In this document: positions 37,924-48,396 of the stretch, one piece after another
Layout: the number at the start of each line of letters is the position of its first letter
How positions within the stretch are numbered: the first letter of the stretch is position 1
Assembly (NCBI GenBank): GCA_963663385.2
Contig: CAXXXD010000003.1
Location: 1,280,001-1,344,000, forward strand
Source of the DNA: Oceanispirochaeta sp.
Lineage (GTDB): Bacteria; Spirochaetota; Spirochaetia; DSM-2461
DNA: 64,000 bases
Reading direction: 5' to 3'
The notes under the pieces: model-generated
Database searches by the model: none
Seen by the model: the letters and a program-made list of their open reading frames with translations, nothing else
What the model was told of the DNA's origin: nothing
Made by a program: the position numbers and the translations under genes

Positions 37924-39168
37924 ATGAAACAACTCCGCTCCATCCACTCCAATATCTACTGGGACTACAGCTTCTCATTTTTCTCTTTCTTCAACCTGAC
38001 CCACGGCCTGTGGATGATCTACCTCGCGGGGTTCAAGCATTTCAGTCTGCTTCAGCTTGGGATGCTGGAGGGGATTTTTCATCTGACATCCTTCCTGATG
38101 GAAGTTCCCACAGGAGCGGTTGCGGATATCTGGGGAAAAAGAATAAGCCGCATAGCAGGGCGCTATCTTTTTATTCTCAGTCTGATCATCCTGTTCTTTG
38201 CCGACTCTTTTCTGGTTCAAGCCCTGGGTTTCGTACTCTGCGCCCTGAACTATAACCTGGAATCAGGTTCAGGAGATGCCCTGGTCTATGATTCGGTCCT
38301 GCTGCTGAAAGAAGAAAAGCACTACATGTCTATTAAGGGAAAGAAGGAATTCCTCTATCAGCTCTCAAGTATCCTGGCTTTTCTGCTGGGAGGCTATCTT
38401 GCCGTCAGAAGCTATCCCCTTGTATTCCTTGTAACCGCTCTGTTCAGCATCCTGTCCCTGGCAAATGCCTACTTTTTTACTGAACCGGTTTTTGAGAAAC
38501 AGAAGGAAGAAGGCCATGCCAGACCGGGAAAAGAGGCTTTCCGTTTCAGTACAATCATTACCTCTATTGTAAAACAGACAGCGGACAGCCTGGGAATAAT
38601 AATTAAACGCCCCCGGATCGCCTTTCTAATAATCTTTTCGGAGCTGATATTCACCTTTACCACCAGCATGTACTTCTACCTGCAGAATTACTGGAAGTCC
38701 GGAGGACGGACAGAGTGGTATATGGGGATCGTATTTGCCCTGCAGGCGGCTCTATCCGGTATCAGCAGTGTGATATCACCCGGGATAGAAAAAAAAGCGG
38801 GTGAGCGGAATATTCTGATCTATCTGCCGGCTCTGCTGCTTGTCTGCCTGGGAGGAATTGCCCTGACACCCTGCGAATCCTTTTTCTATATTATGACAGG
38901 ATTTCTGGAGGGGATCCTTCTGGTGGCTATCAGCGACTATATAAACAGGATGATCCCCAGTGAAAACAGGGCAACTATCCTCTCTTTCCAGAGCATGTCT
39001 TTCAGCTTCTTTATGATCATACTTTTTCCCCTGATGGGATTTCTGGGAGATACCTACAGCCTTAAGCTGACCTTCCTGGCGATATTCCTCACAGCACTCC
39101 TGGTGTATATGCTGTACACACTCCGGTTTGTCCGTCAACTGCGGACAAAAGAATCCTCGCCCACCTGA
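37924..39168 (+). CDS. MFS transporter
   Basis: About 12 hydrophobic segments, EVPTGAVADIWGKR, SGSGDALVYDS, IPSENRATILS. Confidence 0.85.
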   Translation: MKQLRSIHSNIYWDYSFSFFSFFNLTHGLWMIYLAGFKHFSLLQLGMLEGIFHLTSFLMEVPTGAVADIWGKRISRIAGRYLFILSLIILFFADSFLVQALGFVLCALNYNLESGSGDALVYDSVLLLKEEKHYMSIKGKKEFLYQLSSILAFLLGGYLAVRSYPLVFLVTALFSILSLANAYFFTEPVFEKQKEEGHARPGKEAFRFSTIITSIVKQTADSLGIIIKRPRIAFLIIFSELIFTFTTSMYFYLQNYWKSGGRTEWYMGIVFALQAALSGISSVISPGIEKKAGERNILIYLPALLLVCLGGIALTPCESFFYIMTGFLEGILLVAISDYINRMIPSENRATILSFQSMSFSFFMIILFPLMGFLGDTYSLKLTFLAIFLTALLVYMLYTLRFVRQLRTKESSPT

Positions 39169-39746
39169 TGGAACTTCATGGACTTAAGATACTTCTGATG
39201 CTGTCTGGTTCCGCCCCGGCTGTGGAATTCCACAAACTCATCCGGATTCAGATGACCCGCCACATAATCAAAGAAGAAACGGGCGTTCTGCTTGTCCCTG
39301 TACTGGGGAACAGCATAATCCATAAGGATTTCATACTTTCCCTTGCTCTCTTCCCGGAAGATAACAAGAGAGACGGGGAGAGCATTACGAAGGATGACAA
39401 AAGCCCGGGAATCATCCGGGGGGGGAAACTGGGCATCCGGAATAAACGCCCTTATATCATCCCTGTGGAATTTTAAAAAATGGATAAGGTACTGGGAATC
39501 CACCGTATGCAGTTCAAGATAATCGAATTTGTCCTTTTTTTTCTGCTCCTGAAGTAGAAAATAGATATCGATCAGGGCAATAAAGATGTTAACTCCGAAC
39601 ACCGGCCAGGCGGAAATTATCAGCCCGTACCAGGAAAAGCTGACGGCTCCGATAAAATTCATCAAACGAAGCCATTTAATATTTTTCTGCATTAAAGAGA
39701 TTGCAATAATAATTGAAGATATTGTACCCAACAGTTCTACCGGCAT
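39135..39746 (-). CDS. YgjV-like inner-membrane protein with soluble C-terminal domain
   Basis: ISL.QKNIKWLRLMN.IGA..FSWYG..I.AWPV pattern; 3' end overlaps the MFS gene by 34 bp. Confidence 0.65.
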   Translation of the reverse strand: MPVELLGTISSIIIAISLMQKNIKWLRLMNFIGAVSFSWYGLIISAWPVFGVNIFIALIDIYFLLQEQKKKDKFDYLELHTVDSQYLIHFLKFHRDDIRAFIPDAQFPPPDDSRAFVILRNALPVSLVIFREESKGKYEILMDYAVPQYRDKQNARFFFDYVAGHLNPDEFVEFHSRGGTRQHQKYLKSMKFHQVGEDSFVRS

Positions 39747-39762
39747 GGAACTCTCCCTTTAT

Positions 39763-39797
39763 AAAAAAATAGCGGCTATCTGTAAACAGCCACTATT
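39763..39797 (-). terminator. Terminator after dapL
   Basis: Minus strand AATAGTGGCT...AGCCGCTATT followed by a T run. Confidence 0.6.
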
Positions 39798-39816
39798 CAT
39801 TATAATAGATTTAATT

Positions 39817-41040
39817 CTATTTTAAAGCTTCAGAGATACGAACCATAGCTTTTTCAACATTTTCCAGACTGTTAAAAGCGCTTATACGGATATAGCCCTC
39901 TCCGCATTTGCCAAATCCCGTTCCAGGTGTTACAACAACCCCTGCTTCATTCAGAATCTTGTCAAAGGTGGCCCAGCTGTCGGTACCGGTCCTGACCCAG
40001 ATATAGGGAGAGTTTGTCCCGCCGGTGCAGGCAAACCCCGCTTCGGTCATGGCTTTAAGGATAATAGCGGCATTATTCAGGTAGTAGTCGATCAGCTCTT
40101 TCACCTGCTTTTTCCCTTCGGGGGAATAGACGGCGGCCGCAGCTTTCTGTACCGGGTAGGACACACCATTGAATTTGGTGGAGTGTCTTCTGTTCCACAG
40201 GTCTTTCAGCTTGTATTCTTTTCCTTCGGAATCCCAAACCTTACAGGCTTCGGGGATAACGGTGTAGGCACATCTTGTACCGGTAAATCCGGCTGTTTTG
40301 GAATAGCTTCTGAATTCAACAGCTACTTCCTCTGCTCCGGGAATTTCAAAAATGGTATGGGGAATGCTGTCATCCCGTATAAAAGCAACATAAGCCGCAT
40401 CAAAAAGGATAAGAGCCTTATTGGCTCTGGCATAGTCAACCCATTCCTTCAGCTGCTCTTTTGTTGCTGTGGCGCCGGTGGGATTGTTAGGAAAACAGAG
40501 GTAGATCAAATCCGCATCCAGTCCTTCCGGAGAAGGAACAAATCCGTTAGCCTCGTTTCCTTCCATATAGGCCAAGCCCTCATAGCGCTGATCCTTTGCA
40601 TTACCGGTTCGCCCGGCCATAACATTGGTATCCACATAGACAGGGTATACAGGATCGGGAATCGCTACTTTTATATCCTTTGAAAAAAGTTCCTGAAAGT
40701 TTCCCGTATCACATTTGGCACCGTCACTGACAAATATGTCATCGGCAGAAATATTGACCCCCCGGCTACTATAATCGTTTTCGGCAATCAGCTCTCTTAA
40801 AAAGGCATATCCTTTCTCCGGTCCGTACCCTTTGAAAGAGTCTTCTGAGGCCAGTTCGTCAACGCCCGCATGAAATGCTTTAAGACAGGCTGAGGGAAGG
40901 GCTTTTGTAACATCCCCGATGCCCATTTTTATAAGTTCCTTTCCAGGATTGTTTTTCTGGAAGTCCGCTACTTTTCTGGCAATCTCAACGAACAGGTATG
41001 ATGCCTGTAATTTAGTGTAATTTTCGTTTATTCTGATCAT
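39817..41040 (-). CDS. dapL: LL-diaminopimelate aminotransferase
   Basis: [52 protein letters not shown]. Confidence 0.95.
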   Translation of the reverse strand: MIRINENYTKLQASYLFVEIARKVADFQKNNPGKELIKMGIGDVTKALPSACLKAFHAGVDELASEDSFKGYGPEKGYAFLRELIAENDYSSRGVNISADDIFVSDGAKCDTGNFQELFSKDIKVAIPDPVYPVYVDTNVMAGRTGNAKDQRYEGLAYMEGNEANGFVPSPEGLDADLIYLCFPNNPTGATATKEQLKEWVDYARANKALILFDAAYVAFIRDDSIPHTIFEIPGAEEVAVEFRSYSKTAGFTGTRCAYTVIPEACKVWDSEGKEYKLKDLWNRRHSTKFNGVSYPVQKAAAAVYSPEGKKQVKELIDYYLNNAAIILKAMTEAGFACTGGTNSPYIWVRTGTDSWATFDKILNEAGVVVTPGTGFGKCGEGYIRISAFNSLENVEKAMVRISEALK

Positions 41041-41082
41041 AATGAGATTTATTATACAGATTCTTCGTTATTTTTCTATCTC

Positions 41083-42081
41083 TTATTCGCCGGTCGGATA
41101 ATTTTCCAGCAAAATTTGTTGTATTTTGGTCAAATTTTTCCGTATTTTCTTCTGTTCCCGTTTCAGGCTGAAATTCATAAGGTATGAGGCTGGCTTTGCT
41201 TTTTTTCTGATCAGCTGATCAGGGAAACTCTGAAGAGCCTGGGGCGTATTGGATTCATTGATAAACTGTTCTATGGGATTTAACGGAAATAACCACTCTT
41301 CCCGTCCCATTAAGATAAGAGCATCAAAATCGTTTTGAACCTGATGATCCATGGCAATGTCATTTTGCGTTAAATAAAGTTTACCGAAAGGCGAATCATC
41401 CAGGGGTATTCCGCTATACTGATAGAGGGACCATTGGTGGATCATCATATAATAGAGAGCGCCCTGAAAGGGGAGTTCCATTCTTCCCTTACTGTTCCAT
41501 ACAGGATTATGAATCAGGATTTTATTACCTTTGGCTGTTCCATTATCAGCAAGGTATATCTCCTGACTTATGTACCGGATAAAGGAACTCTCCTCTTCTG
41601 CTCCGTACCCGGTAATGCCGCTTATTTTCCAGTCCAGCGGTTCTGGATAATGACTGATGAAATCTCTCAGATAATCAAGATAATCCGCATATTCGGTATA
41701 CCCCGTACGGGATGGATCAGATAAGAAAAGCAGATCTTTCGCTGTGTATTCCGATTCATCCCCGGAAAAAAAACAATCCAGGATGGTTTGATCCACACCG
41801 CTCAGAAACCACAACTCCATAGTCATTTTATTCATATCTGCCAGTACCGGAACAAGATAGGTTAAAAGCTGCAGGTCTCCTCGAAGACCGCGGGTTCCAA
41901 TAATAGTGATTTTATCCGCTTCGACGGACTGTTTTCTTATCAGGCCTCCGGGGGTTAGATAACTATATTTCAGAAAGGTTGTTAATTCATCCTTCATTTC
42001 AGAAGAGGGCGGAACAATTTCCTGATTGAAGCAGGACCAGAAAAGAGGTATACAGAGACTGAGTATCAGATATTTTTTCAT
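41083..42081 (-). CDS. Hypothetical lipoprotein
   Basis: MKKYLILSLCIPLFWSC lipobox-like signal; 332-aa ORF in an operon. Confidence 0.55.
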   Translation of the reverse strand: MKKYLILSLCIPLFWSCFNQEIVPPSSEMKDELTTFLKYSYLTPGGLIRKQSVEADKITIIGTRGLRGDLQLLTYLVPVLADMNKMTMELWFLSGVDQTILDCFFSGDESEYTAKDLLFLSDPSRTGYTEYADYLDYLRDFISHYPEPLDWKISGITGYGAEEESSFIRYISQEIYLADNGTAKGNKILIHNPVWNSKGRMELPFQGALYYMMIHQWSLYQYSGIPLDDSPFGKLYLTQNDIAMDHQVQNDFDALILMGREEWLFPLNPIEQFINESNTPQALQSFPDQLIRKKAKPASYLMNFSLKREQKKIRKNLTKIQQILLENYPTGE

Positions 42082-42083
42082 AA

Positions 42084-42485
42084 TCAGGTTATTTTCAGAT
42101 TCCTTTTATCCAAGAGTTTCAGCAGACTGTTCACATCCTCCGGATTCATATGTATCCGGACAGGTTTAAAGTCCCTTGAATGGATTTTCAGACTGTGATT
42201 TGAAAGCGTTTCTACGGATGTTATTCTTTCTATAAAATGCACTTCCGGCTTCTGATAATAATGGAGATTCAGAATAAGTCTGTCTCCATCCAGGGTCACA
42301 TAGGGAAGGTGATTGCTGATGACAATCAGTATTATAATTATTACCAGACCAATGAAGTACAGAATAAAATCCAGTTGATTGTAGCGGATAATAAGAGGTC
42401 GCAATCCCATTACAAACGGGATGAGAAAGAGAAAATTGAAAGCTCTTGCAAGCCTGTGCTTTCTGAAAACCTCTCGTTTCTGCAT
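42084..42485 (-). CDS. Hypothetical two-TM membrane protein (possible bacterial PH-like C-terminus)
   Basis: Two hydrophobic helices then a short beta-rich domain; tightly packed in an operon. Confidence 0.55.
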   Translation of the reverse strand: MQKREVFRKHRLARAFNFLFLIPFVMGLRPLIIRYNQLDFILYFIGLVIIIILIVISNHLPYVTLDGDRLILNLHYYQKPEVHFIERITSVETLSNHSLKIHSRDFKPVRIHMNPEDVNSLLKLLDKRNLKIT

Positions 42486-42491
42486 TTATAC

Positions 42492-43610
42492 CTACTTCAG
42501 CTCATCCGGATTCAGCTGCAATAGCTCGGGATGAACAAATAGTCCGTTTTTCCGAATCAGTACATCATCAAAATAGATCTGCCCGCCCCCGAATTTTTCG
42601 GTTTGAATAGCTACCAGGTCCCAGTGAATGGATGATGTATTTCCATTGTCGGCTTCATCATAACAACGTCCGGGAGTAAAATGAAAGCTTCCTTTGATTT
42701 TTTCATCAAACAGGGTGTTTTTCATGGGATTTTCGATATAGGGGTTTACACCCAAAGCAAACTCGCCGATATACCGGGCCCCCTCATCCGTATCGAGGAC
42801 TTTATTGATCCTCTCCGTATTGTTTGATACGGCTTTAATAATTTTACCGTCCTTGAATTCAAAACAGATATTTTCGTAGGTAACGCCCTGGTATACGGCC
42901 GGACAGTTATAAGCCAGAGTGCCATTGACAGACTCCCTGAGTGGCGCTGTATACACTTCACCGTCCGGAATATTCACCTTCCCGTCACATTTAATGGCAT
43001 TCATCCCCTTGATGGAGAATGAGAGATCCGTTCCCGGACCGGTAATCCGCACCTTGTCTGTGGATTCCATAAAATTGACAAGTTTATCCATGGCCCGTGA
43101 CATTTTAGCGTAATCCAGGTTGCTTACCTTAAAATAAAAGTCTTCAAAACCGTCAAGACTCATTCCGGCGGATTGAGCCATGGAGTTGTTGGGATAACGC
43201 ATAACAACCCAGCGCGTATTTTTCACCCGTTCTTCCCCATGAACGGGTGTCATGAAATGCTCCATATAAAGATTCATTTTATCTCCGGGGACATCGGCGG
43301 TCCCTGTACTGTTATCAACAGCGCCGATTCCCACATAGGCATCCATCTCTTTCATTCGGGTCAACTCGGTACGGGCCATAAGCTCCAGCTGTTCCACAGA
43401 AATCTGACCTAACAATTCTCGTTGTATCCTCTCGTTGGTATAAGATACAAAGGGTAATCCTCCCACCTTATACACCTGTCTTACAATTTCGAGCATAAGG
43501 GGCTCACAGGTAATCCCGCTGGCATGAATAAGGACTTTCTCCTCCTTCTTCAGAGCCAGGGAGTAGCTCACTATATTTTCAGCCAGCTCTATCAGTCTGG
43601 GATCTCTCAT
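42492..43610 (-). CDS. Aminopeptidase, M29 family (AmpS/PepS-like)
   Basis: NIPDGEVYTAP, ARYIGEFALG, LFDEKI.GSFH..PG..Y, NTSSIHWD. Confidence 0.9.
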   Translation of the reverse strand: MRDPRLIELAENIVSYSLALKKEEKVLIHASGITCEPLMLEIVRQVYKVGGLPFVSYTNERIQRELLGQISVEQLELMARTELTRMKEMDAYVGIGAVDNSTGTADVPGDKMNLYMEHFMTPVHGEERVKNTRWVVMRYPNNSMAQSAGMSLDGFEDFYFKVSNLDYAKMSRAMDKLVNFMESTDKVRITGPGTDLSFSIKGMNAIKCDGKVNIPDGEVYTAPLRESVNGTLAYNCPAVYQGVTYENICFEFKDGKIIKAVSNNTERINKVLDTDEGARYIGEFALGVNPYIENPMKNTLFDEKIKGSFHFTPGRCYDEADNGNTSSIHWDLVAIQTEKFGGGQIYFDDVLIRKNGLFVHPELLQLNPDELK

Positions 43611-43639
43611 TTCCGCACCTCCAATATAATCTCAATCTG

Positions 43640-44968
43640 TTAAATCTTCTGATATAATCCGATTATCTCTCCAGCCAGAAAAAAAGACCCGGCAACCAGC
43701 ACCGGAGAATCCGGTGCACTTTCGAGAATGGTTTTAAAAGCTTCTACAGGATCTTCAATCAAGCTCACATTATCATGAATCCCGTCAAATATACTTTTGA
43801 CCTTTCGGGGATTACTCTTCTTAAAATACCCGGGGGTTGTGATAACAATACGTTTAAATGCCCGGCAGGCTATTGCAGCCATCTCGTCTGCATTTTTATC
43901 ATCCCCACAGGCAAAAAGAAGGATACCCTTTCCATCCTCTTCCAGACGGAAAAAGTCATGAATAGCCATACCCAGCGAGCGGGGTGTATGAGCCCCGTCA
44001 GCAGCAATCAGGGGATGACGGGATAAAATCTGCATCCGTCCCGGCAAAAGGGCATGGGAAAATCCCTTTATCCAGACATCAGGATTCTCCCCGGGGAACA
44101 GTGTTTCCAGGGCAGTCAGAGCCGCAGCAGCATTAGAAAGCTGTATTTCTCCAATCATCCGTAAAAAAACAGAAACTTTCTCACCACCGGCCTTTCTGAA
44201 TAAATCGCCGCTGGTTCCATCTCTGGAAAGCGTTCCGTTCATAATATCAAAACAATCGGGAATATACTTAAAAGCCGCATTCCTCAAGGCGGCCGTTTCC
44301 TTTAATACACTTAGAGCCTCATCCTGCTGAGAAGCGAAAATAACAGGGGTCTCCTGTTTTATAATTCCAGCCTTTTCACCGGCTATTTCTCTAATAGTAT
44401 TCCCCAGCCAGTTGGTGTGTTCCTTTTCTATGGGAGTAATAATGCAGAGTTCGGGAAACAGAGTATTGGTTGCATCAAGCCGTCCGCCCAAACCAGTCTC
44501 GACAACAGCCCAACGACATTCCTGTGCTTCGAAAATAAGAAAGGCGAGGAGAGTCAGCAATTCAAAAGTTGTAGGATCATTTCCACCGGGAAGATTCCTG
44601 TCCGGATAGTTTAAGAGAACATTATGCATACGGTTTATCTGATTAAGGTAAACCGTATCATCTAGTAGGGCCAGATTAATCCTTATCCGTTCCTGATAGC
44701 AGAGCAGGTGAGGGGATGTATATAATCCTGTCCTGTACCCTTTTTCCTGCAGCCCCGAGGCAACAAGGGCTGCAGTGGAACCCTTTCCCTTTGAACCGGC
44801 CAGATGGATACTTCTAAATTTATTCTGAGGATTCTGAAATAGTTCCAACAGAGTGAACATCCGGTCCGGACGATAGAAACGTTTTACTTCATCCGCTTTC
44901 TTTTCAAGGTTTGTATAGGATTCAATCCACCTGAAACCATCTTCCAGTTTGTCAAAGGCTTCTTTCAT
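43640..44968 (-). CDS. folC: Folylpolyglutamate synthase/dihydrofolate synthase
   Basis: IHLAGSKGKGST, YTSPHL..ERI, ETGLGGRLDATN, IAGEKAGIIK, DGAH. Confidence 0.92.
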   Translation of the reverse strand: MKEAFDKLEDGFRWIESYTNLEKKADEVKRFYRPDRMFTLLELFQNPQNKFRSIHLAGSKGKGSTAALVASGLQEKGYRTGLYTSPHLLCYQERIRINLALLDDTVYLNQINRMHNVLLNYPDRNLPGGNDPTTFELLTLLAFLIFEAQECRWAVVETGLGGRLDATNTLFPELCIITPIEKEHTNWLGNTIREIAGEKAGIIKQETPVIFASQQDEALSVLKETAALRNAAFKYIPDCFDIMNGTLSRDGTSGDLFRKAGGEKVSVFLRMIGEIQLSNAAAALTALETLFPGENPDVWIKGFSHALLPGRMQILSRHPLIAADGAHTPRSLGMAIHDFFRLEEDGKGILLFACGDDKNADEMAAIACRAFKRIVITTPGYFKKSNPRKVKSIFDGIHDNVSLIEDPVEAFKTILESAPDSPVLVAGSFFLAGEIIGLYQKI

Positions 44969-46260
44969 TTGCGTTTTTTCAGGGCATCACCGTGGGTTTC
45001 AAAACCTTCATAATCGGCCAGAGCTGTTACATGGTCTTTCATGCCTTCCAATCCTTCACCTGTAACATAAACAACAGAGGAGTACTTTATAAAATCTCTG
45101 ACCGAGACTGCTGAATAGGTTTTGGCATTTCCCCCCGTTGGAAGTACAGCATTGGCTCCTACGGAATAGTTGGCAATAGAGAAGGGCGTATTATCTCCCA
45201 GAAGTATCTCTCCCGCATTTTTTATCAGAGAAAGAGTCTGAAAGGGCTCTTTTGTCTGCAGCTGAAGGTGTTCCGGTGCAAACTGATTAACAACATCAGC
45301 TCCCTCATCAAGGGAATCACAGACGATAATCCCTCCATAGCCCTTCATAACATCCTGAACGAAGGTTCTGCGGGGTTCACTCAGAGTTTCTGTCAACCGG
45401 ATTATTTCCCGTTCCGTTTTCTCTGCCAGTTCATCAGAGTCTGTAACCAGCAGGGCGGAAGAATCAGAGCCATGCTCTGCCTCAATCAGCAGATCCAGAG
45501 CTACTTTACAGGGATCCGCCTCACTGTCTGCCAGTATCATGGACTCGGAAGGCCCCGCAGGCATTCCGATATCAACTTTTCCGGATAAAAGCCGTTTAGC
45601 TGCGGTAACATACATACTGCCAGGACCATTCAGTTTCATAACGGGTTTAATAGTTTCCGTACCATAGGTGAGTGCTGCTATGGCATGGGCACCCCCGATC
45701 TTGTATATCTCCTCAATTCCGCAGAGTTTAGCCGCATAAAGGCAGGCCGGATCGACTTTCCCGTTCTCATCAGGAGGAGTAACAATGCTGATTCGGGGAA
45801 CTCCCGCCACTATCGCAGGGATGGCCAGCATATAAAGCATGGAAGGGAAATTTCCCCTGCCTCTTGGAACGTACAGCCCGACAGATTCAATGGGAGAAGC
45901 CTTTTCTCCCGCCAGAACACCCGGTCGTATTTCTACCATATTCATGGCTTCGGGTTTCTGAACAATATGAAAGCGTTTAACATTTTCTATGGAATAGGAT
46001 AGCGCCTGTTTCACCTCATCACTTACCAGGAATTCAGCCTCGGCAAACTCTTCTTTGCTGACCCTGAGCGTCATATCGGCAGGAGTGTTATCAAACTGAT
46101 TGTTATATCTGAGAAGAGCTTTATCTCCCTCGTCTTTTACTGTTTTAATGATAGTATTAACAGATTCCGATACAGCATGGATATTCAATTCAGAACGGGC
46201 GAATATCTGTTCCCGGTCACTTTGCTGCATCTCTTTCCAGTAGTATTTATTTACTTTCAT
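44965..46260 (-). CDS. hisD: Histidinol dehydrogenase-family protein (divergent)
   Basis: VGLYVP.G, GGAHAIAAL.YGT, GPGS.YVTAAK, PAGPSE, EAEHG, APEHL, EG..H; metal ligands differ from canonical HisD. Confidence 0.75.
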   Translation of the reverse strand: MKVNKYYWKEMQQSDREQIFARSELNIHAVSESVNTIIKTVKDEGDKALLRYNNQFDNTPADMTLRVSKEEFAEAEFLVSDEVKQALSYSIENVKRFHIVQKPEAMNMVEIRPGVLAGEKASPIESVGLYVPRGRGNFPSMLYMLAIPAIVAGVPRISIVTPPDENGKVDPACLYAAKLCGIEEIYKIGGAHAIAALTYGTETIKPVMKLNGPGSMYVTAAKRLLSGKVDIGMPAGPSESMILADSEADPCKVALDLLIEAEHGSDSSALLVTDSDELAEKTEREIIRLTETLSEPRRTFVQDVMKGYGGIIVCDSLDEGADVVNQFAPEHLQLQTKEPFQTLSLIKNAGEILLGDNTPFSIANYSVGANAVLPTGGNAKTYSAVSVRDFIKYSSVVYVTGEGLEGMKDHVTALADYEGFETHGDALKKRK

Positions 46261-46275
46261 ATTTTAGAACATCCT

Positions 46276-46620
46276 TTAAACCATAGTCAGTTCAATCCGG
46301 TTTCCCAAACGAATCGTATCGCCATTTTGTATTTTTACATACTTATCTGCCTTGAGGAGTTTACCATTTATATAAGTTCCATTGCTACTGCCCCGGTCTT
46401 TAATAAAGTAACTGCCCCGTATTTGTTGAACTTCCACATGAAATCTGGAAACCATACTGTCATCTATGACAAAATCGTTTTCCTTGGCACGTCCTATTGT
46501 CAAGCGGCTGTGCATCTGAATCTCTTTACCATTAAACAGAAGACATCGCATATTCCTGGTGCCGAGTTTTTTCAGTCTCTTTCCTACCGGACTGTCCTGT
46601 ACAATAGTTTCATCTTTCAC
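46276..46620 (-). CDS. Stand-alone FHA-domain protein
   Basis: TIGR, VSRFH, DRGSSNGTYING, GDTIRLG. Confidence 0.88.
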   Translation of the reverse strand: MKDETIVQDSPVGKRLKKLGTRNMRCLLFNGKEIQMHSRLTIGRAKENDFVIDDSMVSRFHVEVQQIRGSYFIKDRGSSNGTYINGKLLKADKYVKIQNGDTIRLGNRIELTMV

Positions 46621-46753
46621 TCAGGATACTCCTTTGATCTATACTATGATAATATAATATAATTCTAGAAATTTTAAGGAAGAGTTTTCATCTACATAGA
46701 TAGTCTCAACCTGCCGATAATATTTAGAATAGATTCTATACTGGGAGGATTGA

Positions 46754-47188
46754 ATGAAAGCGAATGCTGATTTCCCCACAATTAACAAAAAAAGACCAGA
46801 TGGATTAAACGCTGCCGGTCTGCCTTATAAGGTCCTTATCATAGACGATTCCATTTTTGTAAGGAAACAGATCAGTCAGATTCTTACTTCTGAAGGTTTT
46901 GAAATAGTAGCCGAAGCCGGAGATGGTGTCGAAGGTATTGAAAAATTTAAAGAATTGTCTGGCGAAATAGATGTGGTCACCCTGGATATAACAATGCCCA
47001 GGATGGACGGGGTAACCGCGTTGGAAAATATAATTAAAATCAATCCTGACGCGAAAGTTGTAATGATAAGTGCGCTTGGAAAACAGGATCTTGTAAAACA
47101 GGCTCTTATTGCCGGTGCAAAAAACTATATTATCAAACCTCTGGACAGGAAAAAAGTACTGGAACGTCTTACGGCTGTTCTGGATTAA
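46754..47188 (+). CDS. Single-domain CheY-like response regulator
   Basis: LIIDDS, LDITMPRMDG, VMISALG, YIIKP. Confidence 0.88.
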   Translation: MKANADFPTINKKRPDGLNAAGLPYKVLIIDDSIFVRKQISQILTSEGFEIVAEAGDGVEGIEKFKELSGEIDVVTLDITMPRMDGVTALENIIKINPDAKVVMISALGKQDLVKQALIAGAKNYIIKPLDRKKVLERLTAVLD

Positions 47189-47192
47189 ACAG

Positions 47193-47879
47193 TTACCGAA
47201 TCTCTGTTGAACACCCTTTTTCCAGAAATCTCGTCCTGTATTGAATAAGGAGAGATTCAGGAACCTCCGGCATTTCATTATAGGTCTCGGAAAGGCAGTG
47301 ACCCGGTTTAAACCCTGTAATTATATGGTTTTCCACTCCTTTAAGATAGTGCGCCATTTCCGGTACATTATCCAGAGAGAACAGCTGGGGGACTATGGTT
47401 GTTCTGATTTCATAGGGAATGTTTCCATTTTTCAGGATCCCAATGGATTGAATGATTCTTTCCGCCGAAGATTCGTCTCCGCCCAGTTCTGAATACCTGC
47501 GGGGAAGGGTCTTCAAATCCATAGCTACATAATCCACTTCCAGATCTGCCAGGATACGGGGGCTTAATCCATTAGTGTCTATCTTAACAGGCAATCCTGT
47601 TTCTTCCCGGATCTGTCTAATAAGGTCCGGTGTACCCGGATATAAAAGTGGCTCCCCCCCTGATAATACCACCCCTCCCAAAAGGGGAGCCCTGAATTTT
47701 ACATATTCAAATACTTCATTCCTGAGAAGCAGTCCTTCGGTCCTGCCGTAAGCCAGGTCTGGATTATGGCAGTAAGGACATCGCAGATTACAACCGGGGA
47801 AAAATATTACAGGGGCAATTTTTCCCGGATAATCAATCAGCGAGGTCTTCTGAAGACCGAATCGAACTGGAAGTTTCAT
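47193..47879 (-). CDS. nrdG: Anaerobic ribonucleotide reductase activating enzyme (radical SAM)
   Basis: SLIDYPG, GCNLRCPYCHNP, GVVLSGGEP, KIDTNG, YVAMDLK, EIRTT. Confidence 0.9.
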   Translation of the reverse strand: MKLPVRFGLQKTSLIDYPGKIAPVIFFPGCNLRCPYCHNPDLAYGRTEGLLLRNEVFEYVKFRAPLLGGVVLSGGEPLLYPGTPDLIRQIREETGLPVKIDTNGLSPRILADLEVDYVAMDLKTLPRRYSELGGDESSAERIIQSIGILKNGNIPYEIRTTIVPQLFSLDNVPEMAHYLKGVENHIITGFKPGHCLSETYNEMPEVPESLLIQYRTRFLEKGCSTEIR

Positions 47880-47883
47880 CAAT

Positions 47884-48396
47884 TCAGGCGGTGGCTTCGG
47901 AATTGATGAAACGAGTTTCTACATCTTTCGGATTACCCGTTCTGTAAATTTCATTTCCTTTCTTATCAAAAAACACGACTGTAGGGGCTGAGAAGATATT
48001 GAGTCTGGAAGCTTCTTCCATCCCTTCATCGGTATCAACATTAAAAGACTGAGCCTTCACACCCATAGATTTTAAAATTTCCTTCATGGGAGGGCAATTG
48101 GGACAGGTGGTTCTGAAAAAATAGGTATATGAGTTAAGAGAAGAGTCAGTAACATCTTCAACGGATTCGTAACTTACTTCGCCGGTCTGATTAACTTCTT
48201 TAATATCCCTACCGGTTATTGTAGAAAAGGGTACTCTTACTTTAAATTCTCCCCGTTTACCCAGGTTCCAGTTTCTGACAGATCTGTAATAGCCGACGAT
48301 TCTGGAATATACTTCAGTTTCCATGCCCTCTACCAGTTCCATTTCTTTTTTCAAAGAAAGGATCTCTTCATCGATTGCTTTGATCTTCTCTAACAT
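47884..48396 (-). CDS. Separate NrdD glycyl-radical domain fused to a glutaredoxin/thioredoxin-like domain
   Basis: TEVYSRIVGYYRSVRNWNLGKRGEF..R (class III RNR C-terminal Gly-radical motif, Gly35), then TTCPNC and SAPTVVF; own GGAGG RBS and TAATG overlap with nrdD. Confidence 0.85.
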   Translation of the reverse strand: MLEKIKAIDEEILSLKKEMELVEGMETEVYSRIVGYYRSVRNWNLGKRGEFKVRVPFSTITGRDIKEVNQTGEVSYESVEDVTDSSLNSYTYFFRTTCPNCPPMKEILKSMGVKAQSFNVDTDEGMEEASRLNIFSAPTVVFFDKKGNEIYRTGNPKDVETRFINSEATA

